A stretch of 54,660 nt of DNA from NCBI RefSeq assembly GCF_004010195.1, contig NC_057718.1, positions 80,967,561-81,022,220 of the forward strand, given 5' to 3'. Of this stretch, positions 35,042 through 47,767 are shown in pieces. Within the stretch, counting starts at the first letter, position 1. Every line of letters begins with the position of its first letter. The position numbers and the translations under genes are program-made. The notes below the pieces were generated by a model. The model did not search any database, was not told the origin of the DNA, and saw only the letters and a program-made list of their open reading frames with translations. Source of the stretch: Chiloscyllium plagiosum. Lineage: Eukaryota.

Positions 35042-37984
35042 TAATTTTTTTTCATTAAAATCTCATTCAGATGGTGAATTATTGAACAGCGCCATTCCAG
35101 ATAGGGGTAGCTGGTTTGCTCATTTGGATAAGTGGCTACTGTGTGGTTCAGAGTAATGCCAACAGTGTAGATTTGATTGCTGTTTTGGGCTGATGTAGTT
35201 TTTGGACCAATCTTCAGAGAGTGGAAGGCAATGGCAAAACATTCCTCAGCAAACTCCCAAGAAAACATCTTGGAATGGCACAGCAGAGCCAAATAATTGC
35301 TTTCCAGCAGAGCAACCATAATTAAATGTAAAAGAAATTCTTATATAAAAAATGGTGTAACAGGACTTGATTATGAAAGGAATTCCTGAGTTAACATACA
35401 AGGAATGGAACAGTTATTTGCAAAGCTATCATATTGGCTTAGAGTAAATGTTTGCTTTTTCTCCAATGGAAATCTGCTAATTAGCAGTACAGTATGTTGA
35501 GAGCCAAATAGATTTTTGTTTCAGTTTTTAAGCACTAGAAATATTATTTACTGTTTTCTGATCCAAGTTTTGTAACACGTGTTTAGAGAATAAAATATGT
35601 GGATCATAAAACCCCATCCAGGTCTTTGGCAATACTGTTAATTTGTCTTCTCTCCCAGCTAAAATCTTTGAGTTTGTTCTGCACTCATTTCAAAGCACGC
35701 CAGATTATTATCAAACAAGTACCTTAATTCCAAAGTGGAATTTTCAGACCAGCTATGTTTTCTATTTACACATACTCAAAACGTTGTCCTATTTTCTGAA
35801 GCTGATATTTAATCACCTTGGCTAGTTGGTGGTAAGAAAGAAAACTTGTCTTGCTTACATATGAATTCTGTAATGCTTAACTCCACAAGTGGTACAGTAA
35901 CGGAATTAAATTGTGCACTTCCAAATGGTGATTTCATAAACTGAAGAGTTGAATGGATAACAAAGTCATAATTCCTTTGATAACTTGATAATTTTCCTTG
36001 ATAAGTTAATAATTCCTTTGCAGGCATTTGGAGCATTTTTATAGCGTTGTGAATAGTGCTAATCCCAGGCTTTGCTGTCGAATAATAATTGTCTTGTCTA
36101 GGTTTTATTTAAAATAAGAGATTCCCCAAATACGTTACATTTGTATTGATTTGACTTTCCTTGAGAAGTTGTAAATTATAGAACTTACAAAGAAATGAAA
36201 TGTGGCTTAAAGACACCATATCTGGAAAATGGAAACTAATAACTGGAACAATAGATCACATTTTATCAATTCCTCAACTTTAACTTCACTTTTTTGACAG
36301 AAATATGCTCATAGTTAGCAATTCTTGAATGTAATTTTCCCAATTTTTTTTCTTTATTTTTCTTCCGTTCAGCACCTCCCCGACTTAATGACTTGTAGAG
36401 TCAATTCTAGTAAATCCTTTCGTTAAGACAATTTTAAAGTTAGAGTATAGAAGTGTTTGTAATAGAAATTAGCTTGTTGGATGTAGCTGTTTATTAAAGC
36501 AAGGTGAAGGCGAATGACTGGAATTAAATAATGACAATATATTCTTTATAATTTTGAACTGACATTTCTTTATTTTGACGAGCAAAGTTGCACGGTTGGT
36601 TTTTCTGGGCTATGCGTTACTCAGGATTAATTTGAATATGTATTTGACCGATCGACACAGTATAACTGGCACACCCCCCCACCCCCCCAACAACACCGGC
36701 CAACAAAAAAAATTGTTGAGTTGGCCTGTGCTGCTTTAAGTAGATATCCAGTCTAATCAGAAATTGACAAATAAACACCTCTTCATTTAAACAAACCTTC
36801 AGGGAAAGTAGAATTTTTGTATACTTCCATTTATCCAGCTCAGTCCTGGTGAAGTCAGATCATGTGAAATTGGAGTCCCAGACTGTAGAATTCCAGAAGA
36901 TGTCCTCATTAAATACAGTCCCTTTGTGTAATTATACTTGTTCACTCATCTAAGTGTAGACATCAGCTTGGTACAGACTAGTAATTTAAGACCAAGAGAC
37001 CTTGTTTGGAAACCAGAACAAGACAGCTTGTGGAACTCAAACTTCGTTATTCATGATGTCTGGAATTTTTTTAAAAAACCTTTGCTCTCTACTTCAATTT
37101 AATTTCCCTTGTGTTATTTGTGGCTTAGACACTAAAGCTAGTTAACGATTTGCTCAAATATTTACTATTGGGCAACTTTTGAGTTGTTCAAGCAAGGATA
37201 TCCTGCAAGGATTAATTTGGAATTAACTACTTTCAGTCTTGTGTTGTACCTGCTTCTTAAATTTGTAAGATTACTGATTTAACTGACCATTGTTCATTTG
37301 TCTTCATTCAGATGAATTGCAATTGCTGACTCTATTGAACCACTTGGCATGTGTTTTTTTAATTGTCATATTTGCTCTACCTGAGCCTGTTTTTGTTTTA
37401 TATAGTAGTTAACTTCCATCTATAGTGATTTTGCAAGTATTGCTATCTCTTCTGATGCAATTTTTCATTTCAAACGTGCCATTTCAAATCTGATCGGAAT
37501 GATTCAATGCCTTCTCAGTGTTCCTTTGTCTTTACTGTAGTCCTTTGTGGTGTTATGCAAAATGTAATGGTCTTAAAATGTTTGAAAAACAAGTCCAAAA
37601 TACAAGAGGCTGTTGATAGTTATGTAGATGACTTTGTTTGTAATTGAAGCATTCTTAAGCAGGTTTGTACTTGTAGTGTCATGTACCAGGGAAACACCGA
37701 CTGTTGTACAATACATTAGAGCAGATTTGGTTGAAAATGGACATGGCATCGCTTTGAGTTATTTAAATCGCCAAGTAATTATTTATCTTTTGTGAAGATT
37801 GCATTTTCAAATCAACTTCGTTTTGGACTTAAGGTTGCATTAATGCAAAGATGTGCACAATTTTTATATAAGCATAAAATAGGCTTACCAGTTACCACTA
37901 ATAATTGCTTCCTATTGTTACAAAATGTTCATATACATTTTTGAGAAATTTAAAATCTTTTTTAAATCTGTAAATGCTGTTTGA

Positions 37985-38506
37985 TATCCAGACATTTCAT
38001 TACCTGGCTAGGTAACATCATCAGTGGCGACCTCCAAGTGAAGCGAAGCTGTTGTCTCCTGCTTTCTATTTATATGTATGTCCCGGATGGGGTTCCTTGT
38101 GTTTATGGTGATGTCATTTCCTGTTCGTTTTCTGAGGGGTTGATAGATGGTATCTAGGTCTATGTGTTTGTTTATGGCATTGTGGTTGGAGTGCCAGGCC
38201 TCTAGGAATAGCACACAAACCCACCAACACTCTCAAGCAAAAACTAACAAACTTTAAAAGACCCAGTACAACCCATGGACAAAGCCAATGTCATCTACAA
38301 AATTCCATGCAAGGACTGCCACAAACACTACGTAGGACAAACAGGAATAAAGTTAGCCACCAGGATACACGAACACCAGCTAGCCACAAAAAGACACGAC
38401 CCTCTCTCCCTCGTAGCCCTTCACACAGATGAAAAAAAACACCAATTCGACCGGGGCAACACATCTATCCTGGGACAGGCTAAGCAAAGACTTGCCAGAG
38501 AATTCC
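37985..38506. mobile_element. PLE family C fragment: GIY-YIG endonuclease, internally inverted, with terminal hammerhead
   Basis: Plus strand 38275-38506 reads NVIYKIPCKDCHKHYVGQTG..RIHEH..REF. Minus strand from 38209 reads FLEAWHSNHNAINKHIDLD. Hammerhead motif at 37988-38027(-). Confidence 0.9.
37988..38027 (-). ncRNA. Minimal type I hammerhead ribozyme motif (predicted, one stem III substitution)
   Basis: CCA-CUGAUGA-U-GUUACCU-AGCC-AGGUAAU-GAAA-UGUC-UGG: stem I CCA/UGG, 7-bp stem II, GUC triplet. Confidence 0.72.
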
Positions 38507-38729
38507 AAATAACAACAAATTGTCAATCCTACTGTATAGCTGCAGAAACCATTTCAGAAGTTTTGTTCTGTAGTCTGATTTCCCCCACACAATAAAGTAT
38601 ATACAGATACTTGTACAGTGTCTTGTATTAGTGAATGTTCATAATCATAAAATTATGGTGCTACTAGCCAAAGCGACTTGTTCTATTGTCATTCAGAAAG
38701 CTGGAATTAATTGTCTAATAAGAGCGTTA

Positions 38730-38915
38730 TCGGATAAACCTACTTAGTTCAGTGACATCTTTTGGGGAAGGAAAATGTTTTTCCTTATGTAGTCTGGCCT
38801 ACATGTGACTTTGGGCCCACAGCAATGTGATTGACTCTGAACTGATCTCTGGCCGGTTAGGGATGGCAATAAATGCTGGCCTAGTCAGTGTCACCAAAAT
38901 CCCATGAATCCATGA
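38730..38915 (+). mobile_element. 3' half of the tRNA-SINE family that carries the CR1/L2-group LINE tail
   Basis: ggaaggaaa..gtctggcctacatgtgact..cagcaatgtgattgactct..agggatggcaataaatgctggcctag..atcccatgaat; reverse-complement match at 50790-50950. Confidence 0.7.
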
Positions 38916-39427
38916 ATATATATTTTTAAAAAAAAACTTCAAAATATATTTGTACTACCAGGTCCCTCCAGTTATTGACACCCATGATATTTCCACTGAG
39001 TATATGCCAGTACAGCTTGCAAATTCTCACAAACTTAATTCTTTTTATTGAGTTGCATATGTTACCTTCTTTCTTGTTCTGTTAACCTGGTGATATCCTC
39101 CTAATGGTGAACAATATGATGTAAAGTGACTATTCTAATGGTCACCATCTCCTTTGCCAATTCTGTCATGAGAAAAATAGCATGCAATTTCCATGCAGTC
39201 TCAACTGAACACTGAAGTGACATACAAAATAATAATCCTGTTCGTTGAACTCTCAAATGGCTACTGTTGCAAAAAGAGAAAGAAAATGCCTTCGATTCTC
39301 CAAAGAATTTAATGACTCGGAGAAGCTTGCTACCAGTTATTCAACAAGGCGGCAACATGTGTATTAAGCAGCATCATGCTTTCAATTCATACACTTTGAT
39401 GGTGAGGCAGAATGATGTCAGAGAAAG

Positions 39428-40640
39428 ATCATAAGACGAGATATAGAAGCTCAGCAACCCATTTGGCCTATTGTGTCTGCTCTTCCATTTGATCACAGCT
39501 GATATGTTTCTTAACCACATTCTCCCACCTTCTCCCTAGAACTCAAGAATCTATTTATCTCTGTTTTAATGACAGCCTTCTGTGGCAAAGAGTTCCACAG
39601 ATTAATCATCATCTGTCTGAAGAAACTCCTCCTCATCTCAGTTTGGAAGTGTCGTCACTTCATTCTGAGGCTATGTCGTTGGATCCTAGTCTTTCTTACC
39701 AGTGGAAACATCACCTCCACGTCCACTCTATCCAGGCTTCTCAATATTCTGTAAATTTAAATAAGATCCCCTCTCATCCTTTTAAACTCCATCTAGTACA
39801 GACCCAGTGTCCTGAATCACTCCTCATATAACAAGCCCTTCATCCCTGGAATCATTCTTGCAAACATCTTGTGGACCTCCTCCAATGGCAGCACCTCCTT
39901 CCTTAGAAATGAGGCCAAAGACTGCTCACTATATTCCAAACCGATCAGAGGCTGAAACAGCCTCAGCAGTACATCTCTGCTCTTGTATTCTAGCCCTAAT
40001 GGAATGAATACCAACATTGTATTTGCCTTCCTAACTGCCAACTGAACCTGTTAGGAGAATTATGGTTCCTAAGTCCCTTTATGCTTCAGAATTCCAAAGC
40101 TTTTCAGAAAATAGTCTGTGCCTCTATTCTTCTGGCCAAAGTGCAGTTCCATTATTGTATTCTACCTGCCACTTCTTTGCCTACTGTCCTAGCCTGTCCA
40201 AGAACTTGTGCAACCTTCTTGCCTCCTCAACACTCCAGCGACCTTTGTGTCATCTGGAACTCTGGAAAAAATACCCCCACTTCCTTTGTCTAGATTGTCA
40301 ATGTATATTGTGAATAGTTGTGATCCTAACAGAGACCCCTGCAGAACTCCAGTAGTCACTGGCTGTCAATCTGAAACCCCTACTTTGTCCCTACCTTCTG
40401 CCAGTCAGCCAATCCTCTATCCATCCTAGTACCTTGCCCTGATCACCATGGGATATTATTTGGCAGCCTCCTGTGCAGCACCTTGTCAAAGGTCTTCTGG
40501 AAATCCAAATAGATCACTGCCACTGGCTCTACTTTGTCTGATTTGCTCCATACCTCCTTCATGATTTCTAACAGATTTGTTAGACAAGACCTTACGTTGA
40601 CGGAGTTATGATGACTCAGTCCTATTTTGGCATGCACCTC
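39428..40640 (-). mobile_element. CR1 LINE RT and 3' end, decayed
   Basis: RSCLTNLLE..VIYLDFQKTFDKVLHRRL (40443-40637); AVRKANTMLVFI..EYKSRDVLL (39817-40041). Confidence 0.9.
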
Positions 40641-40764
40641 CCAGTAAACACAAAAGGAAGTAAATCCTCCAATTTGGATCTCTACATCATGGGATGTCTA
40701 ATCCTATGTGCCAAAAGATCTGTAGGTCAAGAATTAGCCTCCTAAATCACATGAAACTGGAGCT

Positions 40765-40850
40765 GGAGTTAATAAAGTGTGTCGCTGGAAAAAGCTCGGC
40801 AGGTCAGGCAGCATCTAAGGAGCAGGAGTCGACATTTAAGGCTGATCAGG
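40765..40850 (-). mobile_element. PLE family B tail fragment, within a possible RTE 3' remnant (CQKICRSRISLLNHMK at about 40708-40755)
   Basis: aagtgtgtcgctggaaaaagctcggcaggtcaggcagcatctaaggagcaggagtcgacattt. Confidence 0.7.
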
Positions 40851-42052
40851 ACCCATAGTAGAAACTTTCAACCCTGAGCAGATGTCATCCTGAAATGCAA
40901 ATACATTAGAAACCAATTATCTTTGCTAATCAAATCCTACCAATCTTACATTTAAATTAATTAGTGTCAATTGCTATTTTCAAAAGAGAGCTTCAAAGTT
41001 TAGCCATTCTTTGTTGTTTTTGGAAGTGTTTCATTTCTGAAAGGTCTGGCTCTTAAGTTTTGTATTGTGACCTCAAACCCCAACCATTGGAAATAGCTTG
41101 TTTTTCATCCACCCAATCTATAACTTTAATGTTATAGAAACTTGGACCAATTTACTCTTAACCTTCTCGCTTCCAGGAAATACAGTCCAGACATTTATAA
41201 ACCTCCTTGTAATTTGGAGTCCAGATATCATTCTGGTAAATCTCCACAACCCTGTCTGTAAGATCAAATTATCCTGTTTGGGTCGTTTTTCTCTCAACTT
41301 CTCTCAGTACAGTTAAAGCAAGAAATCAGTTTGTTACATCGGCCAAAATGTTGCTTGAGAGAAGTTTACTGGTTTTCATGCACTGTCACTTATGTGAATT
41401 CAAATACGAAGGATGGTACTTTATTTTCTGTTGAATTTCTTTAGGGTTTAAATTTAGGGTAAGTTTGATTTCTCCGCTGTGAAAATTCTCCCATCTCTTT
41501 CTCCTCTCCTGAAGTATTACTACCTGGCCATGATTTTGTCATGGCTGTCCAGTATCTTAGGCAAGTTAGCATTCTTAAAAGCAAAGGGTGTAATGTGGGT
41601 GGATAGAAAGCCATCACTGCAAATTTAGTGCTGTCCTTACTCAACATTGCAGGTGCATGCATTCAGACTCATTATTGATGACTTTCCTTTCCCCCAAACA
41701 CTTTAGCTATGACAGTCTGCTATTATCCAGTTATGATCACCTCCTCCAGTGTAGACTGAAGATCAGACAGAAGACTTTCCTGGTCTGTATGACTAACTAT
41801 TGTTGAAACTCCAGATGTAAGTTCGGGCTGAAACTTAAACTAATCAAAATCTGATTATCCAAGAATAATTGTGTAATGACTATGTGATGCAGCTAGAAAA
41901 TTTAATAATTTATCTGTAAAAATTTATCTTTTTTGAAAAAAGAAACATGAAACCTATTATTTTCCCATATTGAAGGCCTTAAACATTGGCATGATAATTG
42001 TGAAGAGCTGCTGTTCTGCCATATTGCATTTCCATTTATTTAAATTTAATCT

Positions 42053-42707
42053 TGTGATGCTATTGTGCCTTTAAGAGTGTTCTGTCCTGTTTTTCTGAGA
42101 GAGGTGTTGCCACAGTGTTTCCAGAATGTTTCCTTCAGGCAGTCAGTAAAAACAGCTTTTAGTTCTCCTTCTGTATATATTTTTAAAATGAGATAGGTGA
42201 GTAGGATCAGGGCTCTCCATACCCAGGAAAGGTTTTGGTTTTAGTTAGGAGAAGGTTTTCTGCTAGCTGCTGAAGCTAAAAGCTTGAGTTCTCTGCTGCT
42301 CGAGTCTTGGATGGTGAGGCTTCCTCTTAGAATAAATCAAAAGGGATAGATTGTTTTCTTCTGGACCGAAGAGAGACAGTATGTGATTCTCATTTTGCTG
42401 AATTGCATTTTGCTAAAGGGGGTGTTTATGGGATGCTGACTATATTGAAACAGTTGCTGATTAGCGGTCAAATCATAAATTATTTTGGTAAGCATTTCAG
42501 TAAAGTTATGTCAATTATTCTTTCTGTTGTGCTCAAAGAATAGTGTTTTGCTTAAAGCCTAGTGGTGGACCAATGAAATTATATCTGGAACACAGTGTCT
42601 TACACTTGCCTTTAACTAATTGAAAACTTAGAGTCTAACTTTATCCTTATTGTATTTTGGAGTGGGGAGGGGGGGAAGGAATGAGTCATCTGATCTGATC
42701 CTTAACA
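42053..42707 (+). mobile_element. Probable solo LTR, 655 bp
   Basis: Starts TGTGAT and ends TTAACA; flanks aatct/aacct. The 3' end (tttggagtgggg..ctgatccttaaca) resembles the LTR end before the PBS at 24781-24806. Confidence 0.55.
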
Positions 42708-42716
42708 AACCTGTTG

Positions 42717-43680
42717 AAAGAGTTTTAAAAATTACACCACCAGGTTATAGCCCAACAGCTTTATTTGGAAGTACTAGCTTTCGAAGTACTGCTTCTCCAA
42801 CTAGCTGTGGAACTCGATCACAAGACGCAGAATTTATAGCAAAAATTTCGTGTCATTTAGCTGAAATGGTATATTGAACAAAGCTAGATTGCATTTAAGT
42901 CTTTGTTTTAGAATGGGTTGCAGATTTTGGTTCATTAATATGTAAATCCCAGAACTACTTTTAAGTCACATTCTTGAGATAACTTAAGATTTTATAAAAA
43001 AACAAAGTGACATCTTAGCTTAGACGATGCATTATAGGTGTGAGGTTGGAGTCTGTATCCCAATCTTGAGTCAGACTGGTTCTGTTTCCAAAGTGGAATT
43101 TATAAAATATTACATAGATTGATTGCTTGCATTTACTGTCTGCAGGTTGAGGAATTTGAGTAAAATAGAATGTATGTGCAAATATAATTCTGCAAATGTA
43201 ACCCCCCCATAGACTAAGATGTGTGTGTGCGCATGAGAGAGAGTGAGTGTGTGCATTCTTGGGAAAGTGTGTGATAGAGTATAAGCCTGTTAAGAGGGTG
43301 TGTGCATGGATGAGTGTGTGGGGGATGTATGAGCATGTGTATGAGAGAGAGTCTCAGTAAGCATATAAGAGTTTGTGTGTATAGTGTAGTGGGGTCACCT
43401 GTCGTGTGACATGAACCCCCTGGTTGAGACCATCCTCATGGGTTCTGAACTTGGCTGTCAGTCTCTGCTCAGCCACTGGGTATTGTTGCATACCCCAAAT
43501 TCTGCCTTGAAGGATGGTCACCCAAAATTCCGAGGCCAAATGTCCCTGACTGCTGAAGTGTTCCCCAACTGGGAGGGAACATCCCAACTGGCAATTGTTG
43601 CACGTTGGCCATTCATCCATTGTTGTAGCATCTGCTTGGTCTTGCAAATGTACCATGTCTCGGGGCATCCTGTTGAAGGC
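42717..43680 (-). mobile_element. PLE family A 3' end: GIY-YIG domain, CA-rich UTR and terminal repeat
   Basis: GCPETWYICKTKQMLQQWMNG and CSLPVGEHFSSQGH..AEQRLTAKFRTHEDGLN; terminal ccaggttatagcccaacagctttatttggaagtactagctttcg (hammerhead partly deleted). Confidence 0.9.
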
Positions 43681-44261
43681 AGCATGCTTGTTATTAATGA
43701 AAAATGAAGGCAAATGTTAAATCTAAAATAAAGCATGAATATTGTCAAAATTGTTCAAAATATCCTACAGTAGTTCAAACATGATAATATAATAAAATTG
43801 CTCCCTTTAATCTGACTAAATGTCCAGATTTTTGCTTGATGACCAATCTTTTGCAAGGTAATTTTGCTGGATTCCAATTTCAGCATAAAATCTATTCACC
43901 ATAACCATTACATGCATTTCTATGACTTGGGTATATCTTTTCTCACAGCTCAGAATTGAACTTTGTATGATTTTGACTGTTTGCTCTGTCTTTCAAATAT
44001 CTACCTTACCAAGGCTTCATTATGTTCCAAGGTGTTCAGTTATTGCTACAAATTGCGAGGTATTCTACTTGTATAATGTGCTGGGTTAGCATAAGAAAGA
44101 GTCACTGCCACTCGAGAGCAAAATCAAATTGTGTTTACGTTTATGTTGCATGGACATTGGTTGATGACAATTTGATTGTTTATAGTATTCTGCACAGTCA
44201 AATAGTTTGCTCACGCTTATTTTCTAAACTCTCAAGTGGTATTGGTGACTTTGTAAGAGGA

Positions 44262-44640
44262 CACTGATGTTTGTTGCATTTCTCTTCCCACTTAACATGT
44301 AGGATCTCCTGTAGGCAATGTTGATGGTATGACTTCGGGCCTTTTGAGGTGCCTTCTCTATGTTGTACATGTTTAGGCTTCGTACTTAAGGTCGGAATCA
44401 TGACTGTGTGGTCGACCATGAACTCCGTTTCAGTTTTGATACTGTGATTTTCAAGTGTTCGCTGCCAGCAACTTTGTTGGGTCGATCATATAGTTCAGAT
44501 ATCGGATACCAGGCTCCTGAAGTAGGTCATCTTTTCCCAGTTCCATTGTGATAGAGATGCTAGAGGAGGACAGAAATGTTTCAACACTGTGCGAAAAGCC
44601 AACATGTCGTCTTGTGTGGCCATCACTCTGGACTGAACCA
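44262..44640 (-). mobile_element. RTE-like LINE fragment
   Basis: HQHCLQEILHVKWEEKCN resembles the RTE ORF motif HxRCLRxILxIxW. Confidence 0.5.
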
Positions 44641-44689
44641 GATTTAGGCAGATTCTGTGGGAAGCCTCCCAGCATTTTGAGAGCCATTT

Positions 44690-47190
44690 GACCCAACGAC
44701 TATGAAGGAATGGCAGTATATTTCCAAGTCAGGGTGGTGAGTGGCTTGGAGGGAAATTTGCAGGTGGTGGTATTCCCAAGTACCTGCTGCCCTTGTCCTT
44801 CTAGGTGGAAGTGGTAGTGGGTTTGGAAGGTGCTGTCTAAGGATCGTTGGTGAATTTCTGCAGTGCATTTTGTAGGTAGCACACACTGCTGCAACTGAGT
44901 GCCAGTGAAGGGATTGAATGTTTGTAGATGCAGTCCCAATCAAGCGGGTTGTTTTGTCCTGGATGGTGTCAAACTTCGAGTGTTGTTGGAGCGGCACCCA
45001 TCCAGGCCAGTGGAGAGTATTCCATCACACTCCTGACTTGTGCCTTGTAGATAGCGGATAGATGCTGAGATGTCAGGAGGTGAGTTATTCGCTGCAGTAT
45101 CCCTAGTCTCTGACGTGCTCTGGTAGCCACTGTGTTTATGCGGTGAGTCCAGTTGAGCTTCTGGTCAATGGTAATCCCCAAGGATGTTGACAGTGGGGGA
45201 TTCGATGAATGTCAAAAAGCGATGGTTAGAGTGTCTCTTATTGGTGATGGTCATTGTCTGGCATTTGTATGGCGGAAATGTTCCATGCCACTTGTCGGTC
45301 AAGCCTGGATATAGTCCAGATGTTGCGTTTGAGCAAAGACTGCTTCGGTATCTGAGGAGTCGCGACTGGTGCTGAACACTATGCAATCATCAGTGAACAT
45401 TCCCACTTCTGACCTTACAATAGAGGGGAGGTCATTGATGAAAGGGTTGATGATTGTTGGACTTAGGTTACTACCCTGAGGGAATCCTGCTGAGATGAAT
45501 AACCGTCCATAACTGCAACCACCTTCCTTTGTGCCAGGTATGATTCTAACCAGCAAAGTGTTTGCCCCCTAATACCTATTGATTCCAGTTTTGCCAGGGC
45601 TCCTTGATGCCATACTCTGTCAAATGCAGCCTTGATGTCAAGGGCTGTCACTCTCCTCTCCTCACCTCACCTCACCACCTCTGAAATTAGACTCTTTTGT
45701 CCATGTTTGAACCAAGGCTGTAATCATATCAGGAGCTGAGTGACCCTGGCGAAACCCAAACTGGGCGTTACTGAGAAGGTTGTTGCTGAGCAGGTACTGC
45801 TTGATAGTACTGTTGATGACCCCTCCATCACTTTACTGATGGTGGAGAGTAGACTGATTGATTGGGTGGTAATTGGCTGGGTTGGATTTGTCCTGCTTTT
45901 TATGTAATATCTGGGTAATTTTCCACATTGTCGGGTGGATGCCAGTGTTGTAACTGTACTGGAAGAGCTTAGCTACAGGAGCAGCATGGTCTGGAGCACA
46001 TGTCTTCAGTACAATTGCCGGAATGTTATCAGGGCTCATTGCCTTTGCAGTATCCAGTGCCTCCAGCTGTTTCTTGATGTCATGTGGAGTGAATCAAATT
46101 GGATAGAGACTGGTATCTGTGATGCTGGGGACCACTGGAGGAGCCTGAGATGGATCATCCACTTGGCATTTCTGACTGAAGATTGTTGCGAGTGCATCAG
46201 CCTTATCTTTTGATCTGATGTGCTGGGCTCCTCCATCATTGAGGATGGGGATAGTGGAGCTGCCTCCTCCAGTGAGTTGTTTAATTGTCCACCACCTTTC
46301 ACGACTGGATGTGGAAGGGCGGCAGAGTTTAGATCTGATCCGTTGGTTGTGGGACTGCTTAGCTCTGTATATCACTTGCTGTTTATGCTGTTTGGCATGC
46401 AAGTAGTCCTGTTTGGTAGCTGACACCTCCTCCTTTTTAGGTATGCTTGATGTTAATGGTTGAGTAGGGGATGTGCTAGGTATTGAGGTTGAAGATTATG
46501 CTGGAGTACAGTTCTACTGCTCTTCATGGCCCATAGCACTTCATGGATGCTCAGTCTTGAGCTGCTAGATTGGTTTGAAGTTTGTCTCATTTAGCATGGT
46601 GATAGTGCCTCATAATACGATGGAGGTTATTCTCAATGTGAAGGCGGGACTTCGTCTCCACAAGGACAGTGCTGTGGTCACTTTTACCTATACTGTCATG
46701 GACAGATGTTTCTGCAACTGGCAGATTAGTAAGGATGAGGTCAAGTATGTTTTTTTTCCTCTTGTTGGTTCCTTCACCATCTACCGCAGACCCAGTCCTG
46801 TAGTTATATCCTTTAGGACTCGACCACCTCAATCAGTAATGATGTTGCTGAGCCACTCTTGGTGGTAGACATTGAAATCCCCCACCCAGAGTACATTTTG
46901 CACCCTTGCCACCCTCGGTGCTTCCTCCAAGTGTTGTTCAATGTGGAGAAGTACAGACTCATCAGCCGAAGGAGGACGGTATGTGGTAACCAGTAAGAGC
47001 CTTCCTTGCCCATGTTTAACCTGAAGCCATGACACTTCATGGGGTCTGGAGTCAATGTTAAGGACTCCCAGGACAACTCCCTTCCAATTGTATACGACTG
47101 TGCCACCACCTCTGCTGGGTCTGTCCTGGTGGGACAGGGCATTTCCAGAGATGGTAATAGTAGTGTCTGGGGTGTTATCTGCTTGCATTC
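44690..47190 (-). mobile_element. CR1/L2-group LINE ORF2 (APE endonuclease and RT), nearly complete but frameshifted
   Basis: DRPSRGGGTVVY, TTYRPPS, WVGDFNV, ILDLILTN, GKSDHSTV, PDNIPAIVLKTCA, DKSNPANYHPI, ALDIKAAFDRVWH, GFPQGSNLSP, FTDD, GITIDQKLNW. Confidence 0.92.
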
Positions 47191-47767
47191 TTGCAATCTA
47201 AGGCAAGGACTGTGTATGTTATGTGCATATCTGTTTTAATTTTAAAGGGATGTAGTCTTTGTGTGTAAAAAAAAAAGTATTTGGCAAGCCATTTTTCATC
47301 TGCTAATCGCTGCAAAGCTATCATGTAGGTTTTTGATGAAATGCATCATTGCATCACTTGATTTACAATGTCCCAAATTTGATTTCTGGTATCTACTGTG
47401 ACAGTTGATTTCAGATGGAGTTGCAGTGAAGGTGAGGACATTTCCGTTGTATGTGTTTTGATGGAAAACTGACGTTGTATTTAGATGGGCATGGGGTTGG
47501 TAGTTAAGTAACCTGCAGTCTTAGATGATGTATGATAGGCATATTGTGAATTATTAACAAATTGCACTTTTAAACCAGACTGAAAACAAACTATTACATG
47601 CAGAGAGAAAATAAGTGGGAGCATTTGGGAGTTGTTGAAGGAAACCATCACTGTTCCGTCAACTGTGAAGGCAGCAGTTTATTGATGATTTATAGCCTGC
47701 TCAATTTGTCCAAGTTGAAATTTGTCAATTATTTTAATATGTACGTTAGTTTAAAACACAATTGATA

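Noticed and set aside
47400..47440. Possible micro-exon tttcag|ATGGAGTTGCAGTGAAG|gtgagg
   Set aside because: 17 nt, weak polypyrimidine tract and no partner exons identified; expected by chance.
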